From the NCBI GenBank assembly GCA_021163705.1, contig JAGGTO010000138.1:1-34101 (forward strand): a DNA stretch of 34,101 nt. Direction: 5' to 3'. Source of the DNA: Thermoplasmata archaeon. GTDB taxonomy: Archaea > Thermoplasmatota > Thermoplasmata > Thermoplasmatales > Aciduliprofundaceae. Of this stretch, positions 11,660 through 19,589 are shown piece after piece. The translations under genes were made by a program, and so were the position numbers. Each line of letters begins with the position of its first letter. Positions within the stretch are counted from its first letter, which is position 1. The notes under the pieces were generated by a model. That model was not told the DNA's origin. It did no database searches and saw only the letters and a program-made list of their open reading frames with translations.

Positions 11660-13299
11660 CTTCTTAAAACCTCTTCCACTCTTTTTAATACCTCTTCTGG
11701 ATTTTTATAGTACGCCGATACTATTCTTGCCACATCTCTGTAATATCTCACTCCCAGTTTTTCCATGTATTCCAGAATCCTTTCCCTTCTTTTGACTTCA
11801 AGCTCCATTCTTCTCTGTGACCAGCCCTTTATGGTGGCTATTTTTTCATACACATAGCTATGTCCACTGAAATTGAAAGTATCATCTGCAGGGTTCCAGA
11901 TGTAAGCATTGTTGGTAATTATTTCATTTGTCTCGGGATCTATTCCCACGATTTCGGTGATTGTTTTAACCCTTCTTGTCATGGAATTTCCAACCTTCAC
12001 TTGCGCTTGAAGAATAACTATGTCAAGGGCACCAATCAGGGCTCTCGGTAAATTTATGGGAGCATTTTCAAATCTGTGAACCATGGATTTGACATCCTCA
12101 GCATGGAAGGTTGTGAAACATGTTTTGCCTGTGGCCATTGCCTGGAACACTGTGTATGCCTCGGCACCTCTTACCTCACCCACCATGATGTACTGAGGTC
12201 TCTGTCTTAGAGCTGCCTTAAGCAAGTCAAACATATCTATTTCTCCAGGCTTTTTACCCGTAACGGGGTGCGGCTCACCAACCCCCTCTCTTGTGAGAGA
12301 AGGTATCCAGTTCTCGTGGGGAAGATTGAGTTCTCTGGTATCTTCTATGCTCACTATCTTCATGTTTGGAGGTATGAAGAGCAGGATGGCATTGAGTGTG
12401 GTAGTTTTTCCACTTGCAGTACCTCCACACACTATTATGCTCATCCCATTCTCAACGGCCAGCCATAAATAGGCCATCATCTCCCTGCTCATAGTCTTAA
12501 ATCTTATGAGATCTATAGGAGTAAATGGATTTGGCTTGAATCTTCTTATAGTAAATGACGATCCTCTTTTTGTAACATACTTACCAAGAGTGGCCTGCAA
12601 TCTTGAGCCATCGGGCAGTGAAGCATCCACCATGGGACTCGAGATGGATATATGCTTCCCGGATTTCTGCACAATCCAGATTACATAGTTATCCAGATTT
12701 TCTTCCTTCTGAAACATCAGATTTGATTTTATTGAGCCATACATACGATGATATATGTAGATGGGAATATTCACGCCATCACATGATATATCCTCCACCT
12801 CGCTATCTATCATTGGAACTTGTATTAGACCATAGCCTATGAAATCCCTGTAGATGTAGTATTTCATCCTATCCCATACCACTGCATCTAGCGCAATGTT
12901 GAGGTCATCTCTTACCTTCTCAGCGGTCTTAAAAAGATATTCTTTTCTCTCTTCAATGCTCTCAAACTCTTTAATCTCGAGATATTCAACCATGTGAGCT
13001 TTAAGTTCCTCTAAAATTTTGATTTCCTCATCGCTAAGAGGTGGCTCGATCACCTCGTATATGTACTCGCTGTTGATGGTATCATAAATTATTCTAACAA
13101 ATGAGTATGGCTCTTCTATACTTCTTATCTCTATTTCCTTTAGGTGAGGGGAGGTGATTGGAGGTACAGGTGTGATATCCGTTCCATATTCCTTCTCCTG
13201 TCTGGGTAGTTTTATCTTGAAACCTTCCTTCTTCACCATTGGAAAAACAAGATTAAGGAGCTTAAGTCTTGAAGGTACATCTTTCTTTGATATTGCCAT
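11656..13299 (-). CDS. Type IV filament assembly ATPase, FlaI/PilB/TadA (VirB11-GspE) family, paralogue 1
   Basis: Walker A is CGGTASGKTTTLNA, the Asp/Walker B region is IVSIEDTRELNLPH, and RQRPQYIMVGEVRGAEA and the His box TTFHAED are present. The ORF is open to a GTG at 13308, but the ATG at 13299 is preceded by GAGGTG at the usual distance. It is the last gene of the operon. Confidence 0.9.
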   Translation of the reverse strand: MAISKKDVPSRLKLLNLVFPMVKKEGFKIKLPRQEKEYGTDITPVPPITSPHLKEIEIRSIEEPYSFVRIIYDTINSEYIYEVIEPPLSDEEIKILEELKAHMVEYLEIKEFESIEERKEYLFKTAEKVRDDLNIALDAVVWDRMKYYIYRDFIGYGLIQVPMIDSEVEDISCDGVNIPIYIYHRMYGSIKSNLMFQKEENLDNYVIWIVQKSGKHISISSPMVDASLPDGSRLQATLGKYVTKRGSSFTIRRFKPNPFTPIDLIRFKTMSREMMAYLWLAVENGMSIIVCGGTASGKTTTLNAILLFIPPNMKIVSIEDTRELNLPHENWIPSLTREGVGEPHPVTGKKPGEIDMFDLLKAALRQRPQYIMVGEVRGAEAYTVFQAMATGKTCFTTFHAEDVKSMVHRFENAPINLPRALIGALDIVILQAQVKVGNSMTRRVKTITEIVGIDPETNEIITNNAYIWNPADDTFNFSGHSYVYEKIATIKGWSQRRMELEVKRRERILEYMEKLGVRYYRDVARIVSAYYKNPEEVLKRVEEVLRS

Positions 13300-13309
13300 T
13301 TTTACCACC

Positions 13310-14188
13310 TCATGCAGCTCCCATTATTCTCAGGATCAGATATCCTGAGACAAGCAGCAGGAATGCCCATACCATCCCGCTTTTCATCCTCCCATCCGAA
13401 AGTAGACCTATCATTATTCCATCTCCAACACCATGGAAAATGGTGGCTATTACAAATAGAAGTCCTATAATGGGTACATTTTCATAAGCTATATTCACGG
13501 GAATATTTGTTGGAACGGTCATATGTTGAAGACTCTCTCTCACCGCACGGCCAGCTTTAGCCATTTCTGGTAGGAATGATCTGTTGAGAATTATAATGGT
13601 GGCTACAAATACAAAGAAGGATGTGAGAAGAACAAATGCGTATGTGAACATCTCCATTTTCCTTTCCTTTTCCATAAGCTGTGTCTCTCTGGCCGCATGT
13701 GCCACCATGGAAAGTACATCGGCCACATTACCTCCAGCCTCATTAGCTTTTATTATTATGGCAACCATCCTATTTATCAGGGGAGTGTTGATTCTTCTGT
13801 TGAAGGAGAGAAGAGCATCCTTCACCGGTACTCCCCACTCTATTTTTGAGGCCATCCTTTTTATCTCATCTGTGAGGGCGCCATACCTTCCAGAAGAGGC
13901 CACGACTATGGCCTCCGCCAGGGTCATACCAAATCTTCCTGCTTCTGCCACATCCCTTAGGAAATCTGGAAATCTCTCTTCTATCCTCTTAATTCTCCTC
14001 TGATTAATAAAATCGTATATTCCCGGACCAATAAGGAATGCAGCTATTCCAATTACTATCATGTCAAGCCATTTTAAACTCGGGATAATGGAACCCATCT
14101 TGTATCCAACTATGCCAAGAATTATGAAGAATGCCGCGATAATTGAAGACGAATACCAGATGATTTTCTCCTTGCTCAGTTTTACCAT
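13310..14188 (-). CDS. Half-size type II secretion system F-domain platform protein (TadC/EpdK-like)
   Basis: 292 aa. It has an N-terminal TM pair, a cytoplasmic helical domain (FPDFLRDVAEAGRFGMTLAEAIVVAS..., IEWGVPVKDALLSF) and C-terminal TM helices, giving a single T2SSF-type unit. The start overlaps the upstream stop (TAATG), and GGAGGTG lies 9 nt upstream. Confidence 0.8.
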   Translation of the reverse strand: MVKLSKEKIIWYSSSIIAAFFIILGIVGYKMGSIIPSLKWLDMIVIGIAAFLIGPGIYDFINQRRIKRIEERFPDFLRDVAEAGRFGMTLAEAIVVASSGRYGALTDEIKRMASKIEWGVPVKDALLSFNRRINTPLINRMVAIIIKANEAGGNVADVLSMVAHAARETQLMEKERKMEMFTYAFVLLTSFFVFVATIIILNRSFLPEMAKAGRAVRESLQHMTVPTNIPVNIAYENVPIIGLLFVIATIFHGVGDGIMIGLLSDGRMKSGMVWAFLLLVSGYLILRIMGAA

Positions 14189-15189
14189 TAGACGGTCACC
14201 TCCTTACTGGTACTGTAGATGAAATAGCTAAACACGAAGATTATCAGGGGAATCATCACCATCACCACTATCTCCAAAAGAAGTACAATGGTTGCACTGC
14301 TGCTACCATTTATAAGTGCCATAATCGCCATTATTATGACCAGGAACAATGGAAATGCCACACCCACCGTAACATATATTTCTGCGAATAATCCAAGATT
14401 CTCCATATTCCTTTTTAGATTCAATTTCTGCTCCTTCTCGAACTCTTCCGATTTGAGAAGGAAATAGGGCTTTAGCCTTCCTCCAGAGGTAGCTGTTGTA
14501 ATCACACCCTGCAAAAATTCTTGCCATTTGGTAGATGGACTCCTTCTAGATGCCTCACCTAAGGCTGTGAGTATATCCTTACCCAAAAGCTCTGTATCTC
14601 TGGTAATCCACTCAGCCTCCTTGGCTATCTCTCCATACTCCTTTCTCTGTGCAAGCTCCTTGAAGATGGTGGCTACAGTTACATCTGCCGATGATAATGA
14701 AGCTATGAAGTTCATTGCTGATGGAAGATGAATGTCAATATTCTTTGCTCTTTTCTTTGCCTTAGAAGCGGGTGATGATGGAAGGGTGGCAAGGGTGATA
14801 ATCGGCGGCATTACCGCTATTATTATTCCCAGAAGGATGAATATTATGGATGGTAACATTGGAAGGAGAAAATATCCAAAAAGAAATACAAAGACTCCAA
14901 GCCCAATACCTACAAGTCCCATAACCAGAGTGGTAAAGTAGATATAGGCAAGATATTCCTGTGGCCTCAAAAGTATGTGGGCCTTGAGAAGATCCATCTC
15001 AAGCTTCGTGTATTTTTTATTTTTTATATTTTTCTCGGCAAGCTTGCCCATAAGCTTCCATGCCACTTTATAATATGGAGAAATGTGAATATAGGAAGGC
15101 AAGCTTCCCTTGGGGAGTTTCACCTTGTATTCTCTTCCCTCAGAAGGCTTTGGGGCATATTTTGAGAAGAGTTTTGCCATTAGTCCCAT
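14188..15189 (-). CDS. Half-size type II secretion system F-domain platform protein (TadB/EpdJ-like)
   Basis: 333 aa with the same architecture as the neighbouring platform gene: TM helices, a cytoplasmic helical domain (HLPSAMNFIASLSSADVTVATIFKELA..., LGKDILTALGEASRRSPS) and C-terminal TM helices. The ATG directly follows the ATPase stop (TAAATG), with GGAGGTG in the last codons of the upstream gene. Confidence 0.8.
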   Translation of the reverse strand: MGLMAKLFSKYAPKPSEGREYKVKLPKGSLPSYIHISPYYKVAWKLMGKLAEKNIKNKKYTKLEMDLLKAHILLRPQEYLAYIYFTTLVMGLVGIGLGVFVFLFGYFLLPMLPSIIFILLGIIIAVMPPIITLATLPSSPASKAKKRAKNIDIHLPSAMNFIASLSSADVTVATIFKELAQRKEYGEIAKEAEWITRDTELLGKDILTALGEASRRSPSTKWQEFLQGVITTATSGGRLKPYFLLKSEEFEKEQKLNLKRNMENLGLFAEIYVTVGVAFPLFLVIIMAIMALINGSSSATIVLLLEIVVMVMIPLIIFVFSYFIYSTSKEVTV

Positions 15190-16821
15190 TTACTCCACCT
15201 CCTCCAGTTCTGCACGGATTTTCTCTGCGGTTCCCACAGGATCACGATAATACTCATTGATGTACTTCCATATCTCCCTGTAATCCAGAATCTTCTTCTT
15301 TACCCAGTATCTTACAATATCCCTTCTCCTCTCAAATTCCTCCATCATCTCATTATGTGTTAGATTTTTCATTGTCATGATTTTATCAAACAAATAACTG
15401 TGTCCCTTGAATCTATGCACATCCTTATCCTGCTCCCATTCAAAGACCACATTGGTGATTAGCTCATTGGTCTCCGGCTCAAATCCCACATTTTCTACCA
15501 CCTGAGTTATTCTTCTTCCTATCGTGTCCCTTATTCTCACAATTTTTTGAATTATAACATTGTTCAGGGCAGTCATAAGGATCCTCGGGCAGTTTATTGG
15601 AGGATTCTCCAGGCGATGGATCATTGAGACTATGGAATCTGCATGCATTGTTGAATATGTGGTATGGCCAGTGGCCATGGCCTGGAACATTGTATAGGTT
15701 TCTCTCCCTCTGACCTCTCCCACAATTATGTAATTTGGTCTCTGTCTCAAGGCGGCTCTCACAAGATCGTACATGTCTATCTCTCCCGCAGCCTTGCCTG
15801 TTAATGTGGCTTCACCCATTCCGCTTCTGGTTGTTCCAGGTATCCAATTCTGATGTGGGAGGTTTATCTCCCTTGTATCCTCCATGCTAACTATTTTTGC
15901 AGCCGGAGGAATGAACATGGCAAAGGCATTGAGCGTTGAGGTTTTTCCACAGGCAGGTCCACCAATCACAATAGCACTCTCGCCCTGCTCCACCATCAGC
16001 CAGAAATAGGCCACAATCTCTGGAGAGGCGGTGCCATACATAACCAGCTCTGTGGGAGTAAATGGTTTCTCCTTGAATCTTCTTATGGTAAATGTGGCAC
16101 CTCTCGTGGTAACCTCCCTCCCATAGGTGGCCTGAACCCTGTGCCCCTCCTCTGTGGTACCATCTAAAATGGGATCTGCCACCGAAATCTGTTTCCCGCA
16201 TTTTTGAGAAATATAGACGACAAAGGAGTTGAGCTCATCATCGTCATTGAACATCAACTTGGTTTTCATAGATTGATATTTTTTGTGGAAGATGTATATT
16301 GGAATTCCAACACCATCACATGATATATCCTCTACCCTCTCATCACGAATGAGCCCATCTATTTTTTGATAGCCTATATAATCCCTCACAACATAATACA
16401 TTATCTTCTGCTTCGAAATCTTGTCAATTTTTATTTCCCTGCTTCTAAGGAAGCTATCCACACTATCCACAAGATACTGCTCCTTATCTTTCCTTGTCAT
16501 AATTTTCCAGTTGTAGGTGAGTGTTCTTTCCAGGGTGTCCTTGATATCCCATAATATTTCTTCCTCCTCTTCTGTAAGGGGAGGTTCGAGAAGCTCGTAT
16601 ATGTACTCGTACTCCTCCCTGTTGTATATTATTCTCGCATAAACATAGGGCGGATAAATGGGATATACCTCCACACTTTCATAGTTGGGATTCTCCAACG
16701 GGGGAATTGGAGTTATATCGCTACTCTTCGCCACTTCAAATTTTGGAATTTTTATCTTGACCTTTGGTTTTACCCATGTCTGGAAGAATCCGAAGCTTAT
16801 TTTCTTACTTTTGGAAACCAT
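15190..16821 (-). CDS. Type IV filament assembly ATPase, FlaI/PilB/TadA family, paralogue 2
   Basis: Walker A is GGPACGKTSTLNA. IVSMEDTREINLPH, RQRPNYIIVGEVRGRET and the His box STMHADS are present. The N-terminal domain is colinear with paralogue 1 (ITPIPPLENP.., YIYELLEPPLTEEE). Confidence 0.9.
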   Translation of the reverse strand: MVSKSKKISFGFFQTWVKPKVKIKIPKFEVAKSSDITPIPPLENPNYESVEVYPIYPPYVYARIIYNREEYEYIYELLEPPLTEEEEEILWDIKDTLERTLTYNWKIMTRKDKEQYLVDSVDSFLRSREIKIDKISKQKIMYYVVRDYIGYQKIDGLIRDERVEDISCDGVGIPIYIFHKKYQSMKTKLMFNDDDELNSFVVYISQKCGKQISVADPILDGTTEEGHRVQATYGREVTTRGATFTIRRFKEKPFTPTELVMYGTASPEIVAYFWLMVEQGESAIVIGGPACGKTSTLNAFAMFIPPAAKIVSMEDTREINLPHQNWIPGTTRSGMGEATLTGKAAGEIDMYDLVRAALRQRPNYIIVGEVRGRETYTMFQAMATGHTTYSTMHADSIVSMIHRLENPPINCPRILMTALNNVIIQKIVRIRDTIGRRITQVVENVGFEPETNELITNVVFEWEQDKDVHRFKGHSYLFDKIMTMKNLTHNEMMEEFERRRDIVRYWVKKKILDYREIWKYINEYYRDPVGTAEKIRAELEEVE

Positions 16822-16825
16822 TTTA

Positions 16826-17695
16826 TCACGCCCCTATTTCCACTTCATAATATATTAAATTAACATTCACCCGGGCCACATTTTGAATTTCTAAAGTCAT
16901 ATTCCCATGGGATTGTACCTCTGCTGAGTCGCCCAGATAGCTATGGATAGTTGCATTTATATAATCCAGCCAGAATTTTGTGAAGTTGAGATGCAGATTC
17001 CCGTATGTATACTCGCTTCTGACAGTTATATTCACTGAATTTTTGGGAGTATAAACATATGAGGCTGAGCCAACATATGTGATTCCCAGGTTTCTTGTTT
17101 CAGTTCCACTTACCATTAGAGATGTGCCGTAGAGCACATTTAGCACCGCAGAAATGATTACCCTTCCCTCCGAGAGGGAGAATTTTATATTTGGCTCTAT
17201 GACAAATGTTGTATTATTTGCCTGGAAATTGTACCTGCTAACTGCTCCATTTTCCAGTGAGATTATTTCTGGGATGTAATATCTATTGGGTATAAACATC
17301 TGTATGCTTCCGGAGCTGTTGGCATAAATCTCATTTCCGGCCACATCTGGAAAATGTATCGAGAGGAGAAAATTGGATTCGTTGCCTGTGGGAAATACGG
17401 CAAGCTGCCCATAGGTGGGAGAGACAAACAGAGTTATGCCCTCTGCACCAAGTTTAATAGGAATATATGCAGTATAGTTCGTATTTTTCGTTAATGCCAG
17501 GAGATCCATCATACTTCTTATGTATGAAAACTGGGAAATTACCTGCATATCATGCTGAGCCTCATTTCCCTTCATCTGCACAGGTACTACCTGCATCATG
17601 AACATGGAGAGTAAAGCTGTGAATATCATTAAAGCGAATATGGTACCTACGGTGGAAGCTATACCATCCTCCTTCCTTCTATACAGTCTCTTCAT
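16826..17695 (-). CDS. Type IV pilin-like protein with a class III (prepilin-type) signal peptide
   Basis: The N-terminus is MKRLYRRKEDG|IASTVGTIFALMIFTALLSMFMMQV: a charged leader, then D-G-I-A-S-T, then a hydrophobic helix. This fits the archaeal prepilin peptidase substrate pattern. The rest is beta-rich with several N-x-S/T sequons. It is the first gene of the operon. Confidence 0.65.
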   Translation of the reverse strand: MKRLYRRKEDGIASTVGTIFALMIFTALLSMFMMQVVPVQMKGNEAQHDMQVISQFSYIRSMMDLLALTKNTNYTAYIPIKLGAEGITLFVSPTYGQLAVFPTGNESNFLLSIHFPDVAGNEIYANSSGSIQMFIPNRYYIPEIISLENGAVSRYNFQANNTTFVIEPNIKFSLSEGRVIISAVLNVLYGTSLMVSGTETRNLGITYVGSASYVYTPKNSVNITVRSEYTYGNLHLNFTKFWLDYINATIHSYLGDSAEVQSHGNMTLEIQNVARVNVNLIYYEVEIGA

Positions 17696-17860
17696 AAATA
17701 TGACACCATTTACTATAGAGTCACTTTCCTATTTAAACTTATCTTATTATCAGTATGGGATGATAACATTCAGTGATGGCCAAAACTTTATGAGCTCGAA
17801 TAATGTGCTAAGAGAGAAGGGAAACGAAAATTTAATATGTGGGGGAGTCATCTTAATTTT

Positions 17861-19231
17861 ATGAGTGTTCCATCGGAGGTCAAAGATTTTCTCCAGAAGG
17901 AGGGAGTGATACTTTTAATAAGGGGATTGCCCGGCACAGGAAAAACAATTTTTTCTCTCAGCCTGATGATGGGTCTCAGAAATGCGGCATATATCACAAC
18001 GGAAAAGGTGGCAAAGGATATAGAGAGAAATTATCCCTGGGTTGATGAGGATGCAAAGAAGAGGATATTCATCCTGGATGGAAAGTATGATTTTTCTCCC
18101 TCCACAAGATTTGAGAATTTTCTCTATCTATTTCCCAATTCAATAAGACATGTGTTAAATCTCGTTGAAAAGGGGGAGATAAACACAATAATTCTGGATA
18201 GCTGGCACACAATACTTCAAGAGATGAGATTTAAGGAAATAGAGGAGAGAGAGCGCCGGGAGGTATACAATCCCGATAGGTTTTTTCTCAATTTACTAAA
18301 ACTTTCAGATATGGGTGTGAACATAATAATATGCAAGGAGGGGATTGAGGAAGACGACCTCTCCTATGTTGCAGATGGTGTCGTGACTCTTCACAAAAAG
18401 GTTGAAAATGGAAGAATATTCAGGGGAATTACCATAGATAAGCTTAGGGGGATAGAGATAAAAAGGGCCGAGTATGTATTTTCCCTGAAGGATGGAAAGG
18501 CGCATACCCTTCTATCACAGCATTTCAAGCATCCCCACAATCTTCGAGAATTTCCAGTGAAGGAGATAAAAATTGGTCGAGGAGTACCATCTTGCGTGTT
18601 TGATTCGATTTTGAGATTTAAAAGAGGAGACACAATTTTCTATGATTTTGAGGAATATGTTTCCAAGGAATATCATCTCACCGTAATAATGTCCACACTT
18701 GCAAATTTTCTGAAAAACAATCTTAAAAGCATTATCCTGCCCCCAAATGATATGGATGCAAATGAGCTAAAGTATCAGATATATCTCTTCTCACTTGAGA
18801 AGGAGCTAAAGAATCTGCGCGTGCTTTACAATGAAGAAGAGATGGAAGAATATATTGAGCAGGTGAATATGAAGGATGAGAAACTTCTGGAAGAGGTGGT
18901 TAAGAGAGGGCTGGAGGGAGCATCCATGCCGCTTTTCATACTGGGTTATGATCGTCTTCACAGCTATCTCTCTTCCCATGAGATCATGCAATTCATAGAC
19001 TTCCTGAGAAATGAGATAAGGAAGAGAAGTGGGATACTTATAATCAGTGGAAAAATCTCTGAGAGGGAGATAAAAAGATTCTGCGCCGGGTTATCCGATG
19101 TTTACATAAAGATAAACAATGTAAATGGAGATTCCATAATGTATGGAATTAAGCCATGGACCCATGCCTATCATCTCAATCTCACCACAGATGAAGGATA
19201 TCCAAAGATTGTTCTGGAGGAGATAACATGA
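17861..19231 (+). CDS. KaiC/RecA-superfamily ATPase (FlaH-like N-terminal domain) with a degenerate second domain
   Basis: Walker A is LIRGLPGTGKTIFSL and Walker B-like is NTIILDSWH. The C-terminal ~230 aa lack a P-loop. The ORF is open from an ATG at 17837. However, TTTAATAT (17831-17838) overlaps that ATG and is centred 26 nt upstream of the ATG at 17861, which suggests a leaderless start there. Confidence 0.75.
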   Translation: MSVPSEVKDFLQKEGVILLIRGLPGTGKTIFSLSLMMGLRNAAYITTEKVAKDIERNYPWVDEDAKKRIFILDGKYDFSPSTRFENFLYLFPNSIRHVLNLVEKGEINTIILDSWHTILQEMRFKEIEERERREVYNPDRFFLNLLKLSDMGVNIIICKEGIEEDDLSYVADGVVTLHKKVENGRIFRGITIDKLRGIEIKRAEYVFSLKDGKAHTLLSQHFKHPHNLREFPVKEIKIGRGVPSCVFDSILRFKRGDTIFYDFEEYVSKEYHLTVIMSTLANFLKNNLKSIILPPNDMDANELKYQIYLFSLEKELKNLRVLYNEEEMEEYIEQVNMKDEKLLEEVVKRGLEGASMPLFILGYDRLHSYLSSHEIMQFIDFLRNEIRKRSGILIISGKISEREIKRFCAGLSDVYIKINNVNGDSIMYGIKPWTHAYHLNLTTDEGYPKIVLEEIT

Positions 19232-19587
19232 AGCGCATACTTCTTGTGGACGATTCCCCACTGTTTTACAATTTCGTGAGAAATGTGCTAAAGAAAGAAA
19301 ATATTGAGATTGAGTGGGCCAAAAATGGAAGGGAAGCTTTAAGAAAAATAAAGGAAAAGAAGCCAGAGCTTATCCTAGTGGATATAATCCTCTCAGACAT
19401 GAATGGAGTGGAGCTCATAAGAAAAATAAGGAGAGATTGGGAGAAAGCCAAGATCATAGTTATCACGGGTGTTGATAAAGATTATGTGGCAGAGGATGCC
19501 TTCGAGGCAGGAGCCTTAGACTATCTGGTGAAGAATCTTCCTCTTGGAGAATTTAAGAAGAAGATTTTAAAATATCTGGAGAACTGA
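19228..19587 (+). CDS. Stand-alone response-regulator receiver (CheY-like) protein
   Basis: 119 aa. It carries the acidic pocket LLVDDS, the phospho-acceptor context ELILVDIILSDMNG, then IIVITGV and DYLVKNLP. ATGA overlaps the KaiC-like gene, and GGAGG lies 7 nt upstream. Confidence 0.85.
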   Translation: MKRILLVDDSPLFYNFVRNVLKKENIEIEWAKNGREALRKIKEKKPELILVDIILSDMNGVELIRKIRRDWEKAKIIVITGVDKDYVAEDAFEAGALDYLVKNLPLGEFKKKILKYLEN

Positions 19588-19589
19588 AT

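Noticed and set aside
13300-13308. A GTG start extending the distal ATPase by three codons
   Set aside because: The GTG is part of the GAGGTG Shine-Dalgarno element that is correctly spaced for the ATG at 13299.
11656-17695. Interpretation of the ATPase/platform cluster as an archaellum (fla/arl) operon
   Set aside because: There are no archaellin genes, no FlaC/D/E, FlaF or FlaG set, and the platform is split into two half-size genes instead of a single FlaJ. The arrangement fits a pilus (Tad/Epd-like) locus better. Motility cannot be excluded without experiments.
17740-17810. A possible C/D-box sRNA in the divergent pilus/KaiC spacer (GUGAUGG and GAUGAUA-like sequences)
   Set aside because: There is no exact RUGAUGA C box, no CUGA D box at the proper distance, and no terminal stem. 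The region is needed for two divergent promoters.
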